A DNA stretch of 64,000 nucleotides. Origin: a virus. The position numbers and the translations under genes are program-made. The DNA is taken from positions 1 through 64,000 of IMG/VR virus record IMGVR_UViG_3300008107_000014; one strand, given 5' to 3'. A model generated the notes under the pieces. It made no database searches, was not told where the DNA came from, and worked only from the letters and a program-made list of their open reading frames with translations. Below are positions 18,901 to 31,400 of the stretch, one piece after another (position 1 is the first letter of the stretch; every line of letters starts with the position of its first letter).

Positions 18901-19424
18901 GGTTAAGAAACCAAGGATCGAAACCAGTTGCTCCAAATAGCAACGAGTTAAAAACACAGTTTGGCTCAAATCTTAGTGCAATTAAATCAGTAAGTGATGA
19001 AGTAATTTATCATCCTGTGCAATTTAAACCTTTGTTTGGTGCAAAAGCTGATGTTCAGTTTAGAGCACAATTTAAAGTTGTTAAAAATCCAAATAAAACA
19101 ATCAGTGACAACGATTTAAAAGTTCGAATAGTAAGTGCTATTAACGAATTTTTTGCAGTTGACGGTTGGGACTTTGGCGACAAGTTTTATTTTAGTGAAT
19201 TAGCAACGTATGTTATTAACACCGTTTCGCCAGATGTAAGCAATTTTGTAATTGTTCCAAGGCAATCTACTCAAGAGTTTGGTAGCTTATTTGAGATTCA
19301 ATCAAGACAAGATGAAATTTTTACCAACGCTGCAACAGTAGACGACATAGTAATAGTGACTGGAATTACTGCTTCTGAAATCAATCTAGCAGTAAATTCT
19401 GTAATCAGTAACACGAGCCAATAA
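15999..19424 (+). CDS. gp6: Baseplate wedge protein, gp6-like
   Basis: DFENLR, E.FIDLA...SVLRLAQMLSY, FSDG..GNLP, EDIESIR..AP....QNRMITAEDY. Confidence 0.85.
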   Translation: MTTTARQNNLILAEDWTKIYQTFRSADFKSYDFENLRRVMITYLRENYPEDFNDYIESSEYLALIDVIAFLGQSLSFRIDLASRENFIDLADRKESVLRLAQMLSYNAKRNKPSSGLLKFDTISTTETIKDSNGKNLSKQTIIWNDPTNSNWYEQFVLILNSAMASNLEFGRSQGEAVVDGIKTQQYVFNTYSTDVPVFAFSKAVAARNTVFELVSTLVNTTTSTIEEEAPTPGTQIGFVFKTDGKGSASANTGFYMMFKQGSLELADFAIAQPTTNEKVSIENPNINNDDVWLFSLGSTGIQGEQWTPVSSLSGNNILYNSINKNIRNIYSVITKPDDKIDLQFSDGIYGNLPQGSFRAYYRVSNGLSYSIAPTEMRGINIDIPYVNKQGSAHTLTISMGLKYTVSNSAATEDIESIRTKAPAIYYTQNRMITAEDYNLAPLNASQEILKVKAINRTASGISRNFDIIDATGKYSTVNVFADDGLIYKNEIEKLVSFKFTNRSQLINFVRNIVEDEISNTGIYNFYLTKFDKITIADNATAWLQVTKDIGISTGYFQNSNDSAKIRVSNYTSTNMRFVETGSLVKFVPPAGKAFKRGKLVTANSTDAAQTDRLWAKIVSVVGDGTNANRGALASGLGPITFDEEIPTGAIAKRIVPKFLTDFDSALESEIVNLMFNLTTFGLRYNIETRSWKIITSSNLNISSPYFNPATSGDVSGTNADNSWLLSFVYTGVQYNVTVRELDYVFESEQQNRFYFDNQEKIYDSKTGSVVKDQVNILGINADYTLLSPLKNDVKFEISDGVRYTDGYQSTSSVKLGFFDADDDGIIDNPEAFELVAGGDQNLKYLFFRRTIDEYGAEIYKYIDNTNGSILIRNKTTDVDINDAEFTVGTLVYFYDIDEDVVKKVSLTSNGSKIFEIDSSYRANIGRDKIKFQYIHHAGVDRRIDPSVSNIMDVYLLTRSYETAYVNWLRNQGSKPVAPNSNELKTQFGSNLSAIKSVSDEVIYHPVQFKPLFGAKADVQFRAQFKVVKNPNKTISDNDLKVRIVSAINEFFAVDGWDFGDKFYFSELATYVINTVSPDVSNFVIVPRQSTQEFGSLFEIQSRQDEIFTNAATVDDIVIVTGITASEINLAVNSVISNTSQ

Positions 19425-19425
19425 A

Positions 19426-22400
19426 ATGACAGATAAAGTTTTTAACCAAAGCGGATTACCAATTAGAAGAACGGTAGATTTTCTACCTTCTGTTTTTAAA
19501 ACAGAAACAAACAGTAAGTTTTTAGGGGGTGTATTAGACCCTCTAGTGCAACCTGGCGTATTAGAAAAACTATCTGGATTTATCGGAAAGAAATACGGTA
19601 AAACATTTAACGGCAAAGATGTTTACATTGATTCTGATGATACATTAAGAAGTCGTTATCAATTAGAGCCGGGTGTAATTGTTACAAATAAAAAGAAAAC
19701 AATTACTAATTTCTACGATTACTTAGATTTTAAAAATCAATTAAACTTTTTTGCTAATGATATTCAGCGGGATGATTTAATTACCAAGGATGAATGTTAT
19801 AGCTGGGCTCCTCCAATTGATTGGGATAAGTTTGTTAATTTTAGAGAATACTATTGGCAACCAAGTGGACCACCGTCTGTCGCAGTATTAGGGCAATCTC
19901 AAAAGATCGAATCAACGTTTAGAGTTAGAGCAGTTGAAAACGGTGATTTACCAACCTGGTTATTCTATCCAGACGGGCTAACCTATAATCCAACGATTAT
20001 TCTATACAGAGGTCAAACCTACAATTTTGAAGTTAATTCCCCTAGAAATAAATTTTCTATTAGACGTACCGGGTCTATTGATCTAGTTCAGGGGCAATTT
20101 AACCCGTTGATGTTTTATACAGCCGGTGAAGTAGTTGCCTACAATAATAAATTGTGGAAGGCAAAAGTTGATATTCAAGGCGACGGCAGTTCAATCAATG
20201 AATTTTCACAAGACTGGGAAGCCACTGACCTAACTGATGTTAATACCTATAATACTGGAGTTACCAACAACGGTATCGAAGTGGGGACTTTAACATTTAC
20301 AGTTCCCAACGATGCTCCGGACAGCCTATTTTACATCAGTGAACAAGAACCCCTGCGAACCGGGCAATTCATTATCAAAGATATTTTAGAAAATACCTTT
20401 ATTGACATTGAAAAAGAAATACTACAAAAGAAAACATACACTAGTAGTAACGGTGTTAAGTTTACCAATGGCATGGTTATCGGTTTTGCCGGTAAGACAA
20501 GTCCTACAAAATATGCAACCGGTAGATGGTTAATTGAAGGCGTTGGCTCTAGCATTACTCTAATTGAGTTTGACAGATTAACTCCGCCAGTCTTAGATAA
20601 TACAAATACAGAAGTATTATTTGATAACGAAGGATTTGATACATTACCATATGACGAAGCAACATCATTTCCCGGCGTAAAAGACTATATTATTTCTAAT
20701 CGTGCCAGCATTGACGGAAATCCGTGGAGTAGAAATAATAGATGGTTTCATAAAAGTGTTTTAGAATATTCTCACAGCCTTAATAATTCTAGTTTAGATG
20801 CAGATGAAAGTCTACGTGCAAAACGTCCCATCATCGAATATGCACCTAATGTTCAATTATTCGACCATTGTGCAATTGCTAAAGTAGCAGTTGATTTTAT
20901 AGATAACTTTACTAAAGATGTTTTTAGCACCATTGAAGGTAAGTCGGGTTATAGCATAGACGGGGAACGCCTATTCCAGGGCGCAAGAGTACTAGTCACA
21001 GCAGATACAGACAATTTAGTAAAAAATAAAATTTATAGAGTTAATTTTATTGCTACTCAGTATAGCGGAAATACCGGAACACAAATTAGTTTAGTTGAAG
21101 ATACTGATGCTATTAGTCAAGCAGGCGATGGAGTGTTAGTATTAAAAGGTGCAACCTATCGCGGTAAGATGTTCCACTTTAATGGCACCACTTGGAAAAT
21201 TAGTCAATCAAAGACTACGGTTAATCAACCAATATTATTTGATGTATATGACACCGATGAAAACTCATTCGGTGATACATTGACATATCCAGTGAGCACA
21301 TTTACAGGTACAACGATACTTGGTTATAAGATAGGCAATGGAGTAGTAGATAAAGAACTAGGTATCTCATTGAGCTACCTAAACATTGATAACATCGGTG
21401 ATGTATTGTTTACTGCTAATTGGGATACTGATACATTTGCGTATCAGCAGCCATCTATTGCAACGAAAAAAATCAATACTGGTTTTTTAAAAATCAATGC
21501 AGCTAATCGATCGTCCTCATACACTAACACTTGGGAAATTACAGCATCTGACTATCTACAACCAGTTGTGGATAGTATTTTAATAACCAAGGCTACTAAT
21601 ATTGTTGCATTTGACAGTGTGTATTGGAATCAAGCATCTAAAGAAAAAATTGTGTTTTATAAAAATGGTCTGTTGTTTAACAAACCCTTTACAAGACAAG
21701 GGCTACGTAAAGAGCAATTCGTCTTTGAGAAAAACTTTGCAGTTGATGATGTAATTTCTATTAAGGTATACTCCGATGCTGAGGCGGATCAGGGGTTTTA
21801 CGAAATACCCACAGGATTGGAAAAGAATCCTCTTAATCAAGATTTAGTAGAAATTACCTACGGACAAGTGCTTGATCATCTAGGAACAATGGTTGAACTT
21901 GATACCGCATTTACTGGAGTATTTCCCGGATCGAGCAATATTAGGGACATCACTGGTTTCCAAAAATACGGTCGCCGCCTAGTTAAACATGAAGGCGTAT
22001 TACCGTTATCGTTAATGCTAATCTGCGATAAAGATGTAAACGTAATCAAGTCTATTAATTACTCTGCATTATCGTATCAACAGTTTAAAAACAATTTCTT
22101 AACATTGGCAACAACGTTAGAATATGATCAAAATCCTGTAAATTTTGTTGATGCTATTCTTAACGAAATGTCTAAAATTAAGAACATCGACAATGCATTT
22201 TCTGACTCAGACATGATCGGCGCAGGATCGCATAAAAATTTAATATACAAAGTCGAAGATCAAGTAAAGACATTTGCACTAACAACAAAATTTGATTTAA
22301 ATTCATTATCTAGAATAGCAGTGTATGTTTATAAAAATCAAACACAGTTATTACACGGTACCGATTACACATTTAATAAAACATTCGGATATCTAAATTT

Positions 22401-25400
22401 ATTAATAGACGTGGCCGACGGCGATGTTATTGAGATTAGAGAATACAATTCTACATCTTACGCTTTTATTCCGTCTACCCCAACCAAGCTTGGGTTGTAT
22501 AAAAAATATACTCCGACTATGTTTATTGACGACACCTACATTACTCCAACACAGGTAATACAAGGTCATGATGGCAGCATTGTAGTTGCTTATGATGATT
22601 ATCGTGACGAGTTGTTAATGGAATTAGAAAAGCGCATTTATAATAATATTAAAGCTGAGTATGACCCTGCAAAGTTTGATATTGATGCTATCCTTGGTGG
22701 TTATTACGGTACAGGTGTTTATACAAAAGCACAACTAGATAAAATTCTAGAACCACAATTTCTTTCGTGGATCACTAATAGTAATGTTGACTATGTAGAG
22801 AACAGTTATTTAGACACTGAAAATAGTTTCACTTACACCTATAGTGATATGACCGATTTCACTCAAGAACGAAACTTATTAGGCTGGTGGAGAGGCATTT
22901 ACTTATGGTTCTATGACACTGATAGACCGCACACCAGTCCATGGGAAATGCTAGGGTTTAGCCAACGACCAACGTGGTGGGAAAGTGAATACGGTCCTGC
23001 TCCATATACTCGGGGCAACACATTACTATGGGAAGACCTACGTGATGGCATTATACGTCAAGGTACTCGTGCTGGAACTTACAATCGATATGCAAGACCA
23101 TCGCTATTATCACATTTGCCAGTAGATGATCAAGGACGACTAATTTCTCCCTTGCAGTCTAATCTAGCACAAAACTTTAGTTTAATTAATGCAACTGGTA
23201 ATTTTAAATTTGGTGACGTTGGACCTGCAGAAGCAGCTTGGAGAAAGAGCCCAAGTTATCCGTTTGCAATTGTAACAGCATTATCGTTAATGAAACCTTT
23301 TGAGTTTATTCCAAAAGCCATTGACGTGTCGAGAATTAAGAAAAATAAAATTAATCAAACAGTTCATACAGATACAAATGTATTTTTAAGTATTGATGCA
23401 ATTCAATTACCGGTTCCATTGGTAACACAAACTTCTGGATTATTAAATTATATTGCTGATTTCTTAAAAGGAAAAGATCAATCGTTGTCTATCCTTACTG
23501 ATAAAGTTAAAAATATTGATGTTAGATTATCTAATAAAATAGGAGGATTTGTTGATCAAGCTCAGCAAAGGTATCTCCTAGACAGCAAAAATCCTAAATC
23601 AAAATCTAGCAGTGTGTTTATTCCGCAAGAAGATTACGACATTATTTTTAACATAGGAACACCGTTTTTAACAATTAATTATAGCGGTGTAATTGTTGAA
23701 AAAGTTAATACAGGTTGGAAACTTTCTGGTTATGATAATAAAAATCCGTTCTTTAATTATTATCAAGCATTAGAATCAAAATCTGATCCTTTAGTTTCTG
23801 TAGGCGGAGTTACTGATACATTTTTAGTATGGACTGCATCACAATACTACGCAGTAGGCGAAGTTGTAAAGAACGGTGACAAATACTATCGTGTTGTTAA
23901 AGGTCATACAAGTGGTAACACATTTGATGATACTCAATTTAAACAACTAGCTCGACTTGATCAAGTTGGCGCAGTTGAAGTAAACAAGCGTCAGTATTTT
24001 AACAAAACTGAAACTAAAAAGATTGCCTATAGTACAGTATTACCGACGTTGCAATCTGTTGCAGATTTTCTATACGGATACGAGCAATATCTATTATCTC
24101 TAGGAATTGTGTTTGATGAATACAATTACACCACACAGTCAGTTAATGACTGGAGCACTTCAATTAAGGAATTCTTATTCTGGAGTAAACACAATTGGGC
24201 CGAAGGTCAATTAATTACTCTAAGTCCAGCGGCATATAAATTTGATATTAGATTCCTTATGGGATCAGTTGACAATTTGCTTGACAGTTTCTACGAATAT
24301 ACAATTTTTAAGAAAGACGGAAATATCTTATTACCGGCATTTATTAATGTAAACAGAGATTATCAAACATTTTCTATTAGTGTAACTGATACCACAGATG
24401 GCATTTACTTTGTTAATTTAAATTTTGTACTTAAAGAGCACGTTGTTGTGTTTAAGGATAAAACTGTGTTTAACGATGTGTTATATGATAAAACATCGGG
24501 CTATAGACAAGATAGAGTTAAAGTTATTGGCTATAGAACCACAGATTGGGACGGTGACTATACTAGTCCGGGATTCTTGTTTGACAATGTAAACATCCAG
24601 GAATGGCAACCGTTTATAGACTATGGCCTAGGTGACATTGTAAGTTATAGAGAATTTAATTGGACAAGTCAAGCTAAACAAACCGGTACTGAAGAATTTG
24701 ATGATACTAAATGGACAAAACTTGACAGTCATCCCACTAAAGGCTTAGTAGCAAACTTTGATTATCGAATTAATCAATTCGAAGATTATTACGACTTAGA
24801 TGCAGACGGATTAAGTTCTAGTCATAGAGACTTGGCTAGACACGCTGTAGGCTATCAGCAGCGTGACTACTTGAACAACCTGAGCCAAGACCCAGTATCA
24901 CAATTTAAAATCTATCAAGGATTTATTAGAGAAAAAGGGACAGCAAATGCAATCACAAAAATATTTGATAAGCTTAGCCGAACAGACTCTGATAGTATTA
25001 GTCTAAAAGAAGAATGGGCGTTTAGAGTAGGAGATTTTGGTGGAACAGATCAATTCACTGAATTTGAATTTTTGCTTGACAAAGGCAAATTTAAACTAAC
25101 TCCGCAGCCGATTATTATCAGCGAATACCCAACAAATGCAGTTGATACAAGTGATTTATATTATAGAATTCCGTTAACTGATTTTACAATTAAATCAGTT
25201 GGTGCAACTAGTGCGGTATTACCAATGGCACATTACGATGTACCGAATAGAAATGCTGGCTATGTAAAAATTGATCAAGCTGATGCAATTGTTAAAACCA
25301 TAGACGATATTACATCGTTATCAGTGACTGACATTAGTTATGGAAGTCATGTATGGATTACTTTTGACCCGTTGAAACAATGGAACGTTCTAAGATATAC

Positions 25401-28400
25401 TAGATCTAACATGTTTGTTCAAAGTGTTATTAGGGATAATACTACAAAGATTATTACAGTTACTTGTAATATGCGCCATGGGTTTAATGTAGGTGATGTT
25501 ATTAGCATAAGTGGAATTGTTAATCTATCTGGTTTCTTCAAGATATTAACAGTTGATGGTTATGATTTTGGAATTAAAACTTCAGTAACTGACGAGCCTA
25601 TTTTAGAAGATAGTTATCTTGCAGCCGTTGGTTATTTTGAGCCTGCAAGATTTAATGATGCTAGATCAATCAGTCCGACTGAATTTGCAAAATTAAAAGT
25701 TGGAAATCGATTATTTCTTGATGTTGACGAAAATGATCGTTGGGAAGTATTGGAGAAAATTAATTCGATTTACTCAAGTAACTTGATTGACGAATACGGA
25801 TTCACACAACCAGTTAATGCCGGAGTTGCAGTACTTCAATTAATAATTAGAAATCAAACTATCGTATCAATCCCTGGATCGAATGCGGTTGTTGCATATA
25901 CCGATACCTTTGATGGCAAATTACGCAGCTTTCAGACCTTAACAGCACCGGACTTTCTTGAAACTAGATTGTTAGGTAAATTTGGTTATGTATTAAATGC
26001 AACACCTGATGAGAAATGGCTATTCGTTGGTTCTCCGTTAGTTAGTGGTGTTGGTTCTAGATTCCAAGGAGATTTCTCTACAACTGCATTTTATAATCAA
26101 AATGACATTGTAATATTTGCAGGGAAATTATGGAGAGCATTGCGTAATGTTAATGGCGACGGTAGTTCTATTAACGTTTACACTCAAGATTGGGAAATTG
26201 CTACAAATATTCTTGCAGACACATATAATAGCATCTATGTTAATACCAAGTACTATAGAAAAGGTTCAATAGTACAATACGGATCTTTGTCTTATATTGC
26301 ATTGCAAAATACAACCGGTCGTTTACCGATTGATACTGCTTATTGGGCAATAACTACAGCAGGTAATGCGGGCTATATTAAACAAGGGGTTGTAACAGTA
26401 TATCAGTGGAAAAATGAACAGTGGACTGAAAAAGAAACATTTGTAAGTCCAAGACCACAACCAGAAGAAAAGTTTGGATTTAGTATTTCTTCAGCTGTAT
26501 TGGCTGACGGCTCTTATCAATTGGCAGTTTCTGCACCAGGAGCAACCAACAACACAGGTGCAGTATATCTGTACAAGCTAAACAGTACTGATCCATTGTT
26601 GCCAGAGTGGGAATTGATTGAAGACAGTACTTACCTTGGTATCTACGATCAAACGAGATTTTATCCAGCTGGGTCAATTGTTTGGTACGGAAATAAATTA
26701 TGGAAGGCATTAGCTGACAACAACGGCGACGGCAGTTCGATCACAGTTAACTCTGCTGATTGGATTGAGATGTCAGACACTATAACGCAAAGTTCGTTGC
26801 CAACAAGTGCAGCAATTATAGAAGACGGACTAATCACAGAAGTTGGTATTTTAAACGGTACCACATTTAGACTTCCGGAAATTGTTAAAGCAGGAGACGA
26901 GTTTGGACATTCGATATCTCTAAGTACTGACGGACTTACTCTTGTAGTCGGATCTCCGTATGGCGATGAAAAATCGATCACAAACTATAAAGGCGTTTGG
27001 GTATCATACCAACTATATACCAGCGGCGATGTTGTAAGATACAACACTGAATATTATAGAGTAACTGCTTCTACCAGCATCAACGATATTCCGGCAACTT
27101 TAGTTAATTGGACATTTATTAATTTTGCTGACTCTGATAGTGCAAGTAAAAAGTTTGGTAAGCTGTTTGTCTACAAACGTAATTCGATCGGAGTGTATCA
27201 GCTATTTCAAACAGTAAGTAATTCTACTATTCCGTCAATTACTGATATCGGCCTAGAAGTACTAGAAGCAGGCGATCGATTTGGCGCTTCAGTTGATACT
27301 AACAAAGATGGTACAGTTATCATTGCTTCTGCACCATTTGGCAATATTAATTTTGCCGACAACGGTTATGCTTATGTTTTAAAATACTCATCTACTGAAA
27401 ACAAATACAAGCTTACTAATAAATTTTCCGGTATCGAATCTTCTAACTTTGAATTGTTTGGAACCCAAGTTAAAGTAACCGACGATGCAGACAAAATTGT
27501 TATTTCTGCACAAAATTCTATAACAAAACTTAAAGTTAAGTTTGATAATAATTCTACAACATTTGATAAAAAGACAACTGGCTTCTTTAAAGAGCAAGGT
27601 AGTACCGGTAGAGTTTATGTATATGAACAACAATTCACAGAATACTTCCTTGCTGAAGAATTAGATGCTACATTTATTGCAGATGAATCTTTTGGTTCTT
27701 CTTTAGATGTTAAGAACAATACTATTGTTGTTGGATCGCCTACTTATAAAGTTGGCGGTTTGCCGTTTGGACAAGTTAGAAAATTTAAAAAGCAACAAGG
27801 TGAGTTAACATGGAATACAATTGGCGCACAACCGTTACAGGTTAATATTGGTTTACTAAAAAGTATTGGAATCTATGATACTGATAAAAACGAGCTAATC
27901 AGCGATATTGATATTGTTGATCACTACAAATACAAGTTTTTAGGAATTGTTGAACAAGAACTTGATTTTAAAGTTCCTTATGATCCTGCAATTTACTCGT
28001 TCGGTACTGACGAAGGTGTGACGGTTGACACTGGCCAAACTTGGTACGAAAAAAATGTTGGCAAAGTCTGGATTAACATGAAAAATGTTAAATGGATAAA
28101 CTACGAGCAAGGAGACATTGCTTATAGAGCCGGGCATTGGAACGAACTTGCTAAAGGAGCAACCGTTGATGTTTTTGAATGGGTTGAAACTTTAATTGTA
28201 CCTAGCGAATGGTCTACAATTGCCGATACTACTGAGGGACTTTCACTTGGTATCTCCGGACAGCCGTTGTATCCTAACGATACTTCTTATAATACAAAGA
28301 TAATATACGATGAAGCAACAGGTACTGTTGCAAAGAGACTGTACTATTATTGGGTTAAAAATTCTGCAAATATTCCAGATGTTCCGGACAGAAAATTATC

Positions 28401-31400
28401 GACCGCTGCGGTTGCATTATACATTACTAATCCAACTACTGCGGGTATTCCGTTTGTAGCAATGATTGATGAAAACAAATTCCTTGCATACAATTTTGAA
28501 AAATATCTACCAAGCACACCTGGTACATTTAACTTTAAATTTTATAAAAATGACAGTCGAATTAATCTAGTCCATCACGAGTACCACTTATTAACTGAAG
28601 GTGTTGCAGGTAGTGTACCTACAACTAATCTTGAGAATAAGTGGATTGATAGTTTAATTGGCTACGATATGATTGGCAATACTGTTCCTGATCCTGCGTT
28701 ATCACCAAAGCAACGATATGGCACCGGCTATCGTCCAAGACAGAGCATGTTTGTTAACAGACAAACAGCACTAAAAGTATTCATTGATGAAGTAAATTCA
28801 ATTTTAGAAACTGATTCATTCGCTGATATTATTGATTTTACAACGTTGAATTCAATTGACGAGATACCTAATTCTAAATTAAATCTATATGATATTACAT
28901 TAGATACATATGCAGACCTAATTACTGTTAACATTGCAAGGATTAAACCTGCACTAATTAAAGGAAATTTAGTTGACGGCAAATTAACATCGATTGATAT
29001 TATTGATGCTGGATTTGGTTATCGTGTTGCACCTCCAGTAGTTATTACTGGAACTGGAACTGGAGCATCTGTTACATTAACAATTGATAATTCGGGACGT
29101 GTTTCTGGATATAAAATCAATAATGCTGGTAAAAAATATGACTCGGTTACATTAACAGTAAGAGCATTCTCTGTACTGGTTAACAATGATGAAACATATA
29201 ATAACTATTGGTCTGTGTATCAATTTGATAGCAAGAGTACGTCATTCTTTAGATCGCTGACGCAAGATTTTGACACTACTAGATATTGGTCTCTAAAAGA
29301 TTGGTGGGCTATGGGCTATGGCAGTTCAAGCAGAGTAGTTGAAGAAATTCCGGGTACCTATTACGAGCCACAGTTAGCAAGAACTATTGAACTTAAATTA
29401 AATGATCTAATTAAAATTACCGAATATGGTAATGGCGGTTGGGCAGTATTAAAGTTAATCAATGAATCTGCAACTACTATTAATGAAAAATATCAAATAG
29501 TAGGTAGACACAATGGTACATTTGAATTTTCATCACTGTTGTATGACGAAAGTATAAATGAAATCGGATATGACAATATAGGTAGTTATGATTCTAATTC
29601 CTATGATAGACAGCCTGTTAGTGAAACTCGCAATATCATCAAAACAATTCGTGATGATATTTTAATTAACGACTTAGCGGCTAGATGGAATCAACTATTC
29701 TTTAATAGTGTTCATTATATTTTCTCTGAGCAACTATACGTTGACTGGGCATTTAAAACAAGTTTCTTAAATGCAATACATCGTGTGGGTGGCCTAGATC
29801 AGAAAACACATTATAAAAATGATAATCTAGAAAGCTACGAAGAATATCTAAAAGAAGTTAAACCATATAGAACTAAAATTAGAGAATATACAAGTAGCTA
29901 CGATCATTTAGATAATACAAACTCTGCAATGTCAGATTTTGACCTGCCTCCTTACTACGACGAAGTTGAAGGTAAATTAGTTCCTGTTAAATCTAACAAT
30001 GAATTATTAAATACCTATCCGTGGAAAGCTTGGAAAGATAACAATACATTTAAAATAACTGATATCGTAGTCTATGACGAGGGTAGTGAATATATTAATA
30101 CTCCGTCAGTTGATATTAGTGGCGGCGGAGGACAAGGGGCAAAAGCACAGGCATTTACATCAAATGGTGTAGTCACCGGAGTAGTTGTAACTGAGCAAGG
30201 TTTTGGTTATACATCTGCGCCTACTATTACACTAGTTGGTGGATATCAAACCAGCGGAACTGAAGCAAAGGCCACAGCATTTATTGGCAACGGAGTTGTG
30301 CGTTCGTTTGATGTTACTATGAAATTTGATAGAATTTCTAAAACTGGAACATATCAAAATTTCTTTAAAACTGAAACTATCACAGCCGACGGACTTACTG
30401 CAATATACGATTTAAAATATCCACCAACCACTGATAAATCTAAGATTACTGTTTCAGTTAATGGATCACTATTGTTGTCAAATGAATACAACATTATGTT
30501 GTTTAATGACGTTATAGACGGGCTAACTGTTCTTAAAGGAAAACTTGCTTTTACTAGTACACCGATTGAATTGTCGACTATTACTATATCATATGAAAAG
30601 AATGACGATATTTTAGACAGTATTGACCGGATTAACAAACATTATGTTGCCAAAGACGGCATGTTAGGAAAAGATCCTAAACAATTAATGACCGGCTTAG
30701 ACTTTGGCGGTGTAGTTATACAGGGCAGTTCTTTTAACTCAACTGGCGGTTGGGATGCCCTGCCTTGGTTTAGTGACAGCTGGGACAGTGTTATTCCTAA
30801 TGCAGACTACTATATAGTTGCCGACGGAAGCACAACAAGTATTACGTTGCCATATACTCCGTCAGTTGGTCAGGCCATTAACATTTATATTAAGCGTGGA
30901 GATTTTTCTACACTACCAGATAAGACTGGTAGATTTAGTAGAATAGATGATCCTTACTTTAATTTATATGACGGATCGACTATACAAGCTAATGGTAATA
31001 GTGTAGCAGCCGAAGGCGCAATAATGAATACATTTATTGGCAACGGTGTTACTAAAGAAATAAACCTACCATATAGTCTACATACACAAGCTGGTGATAT
31101 TTTAATCTTTAGATCTAGCGATAGTGACGGTACTGTAAGTATTACTGATACAAACGTTCAGGACACTACATTATCCGGTGGTAATTTATCTAACATTAAT
31201 AATGCATATTCTACCGCTAATGGCCTAACTGCTGACGAAATATCCATTAATGGTGATACATTTATTAGTCCATATCAAGTTCCTGCTCCGGAAGAAAATG
31301 TTCCCGGCCAGGTGCTAGATTCTGTATCTATTAAAACGTTCCAACGTACAAGCACTGGTGCTGCACAGGTTAGAAGTGTTGTCAAATATACAGACGGTGC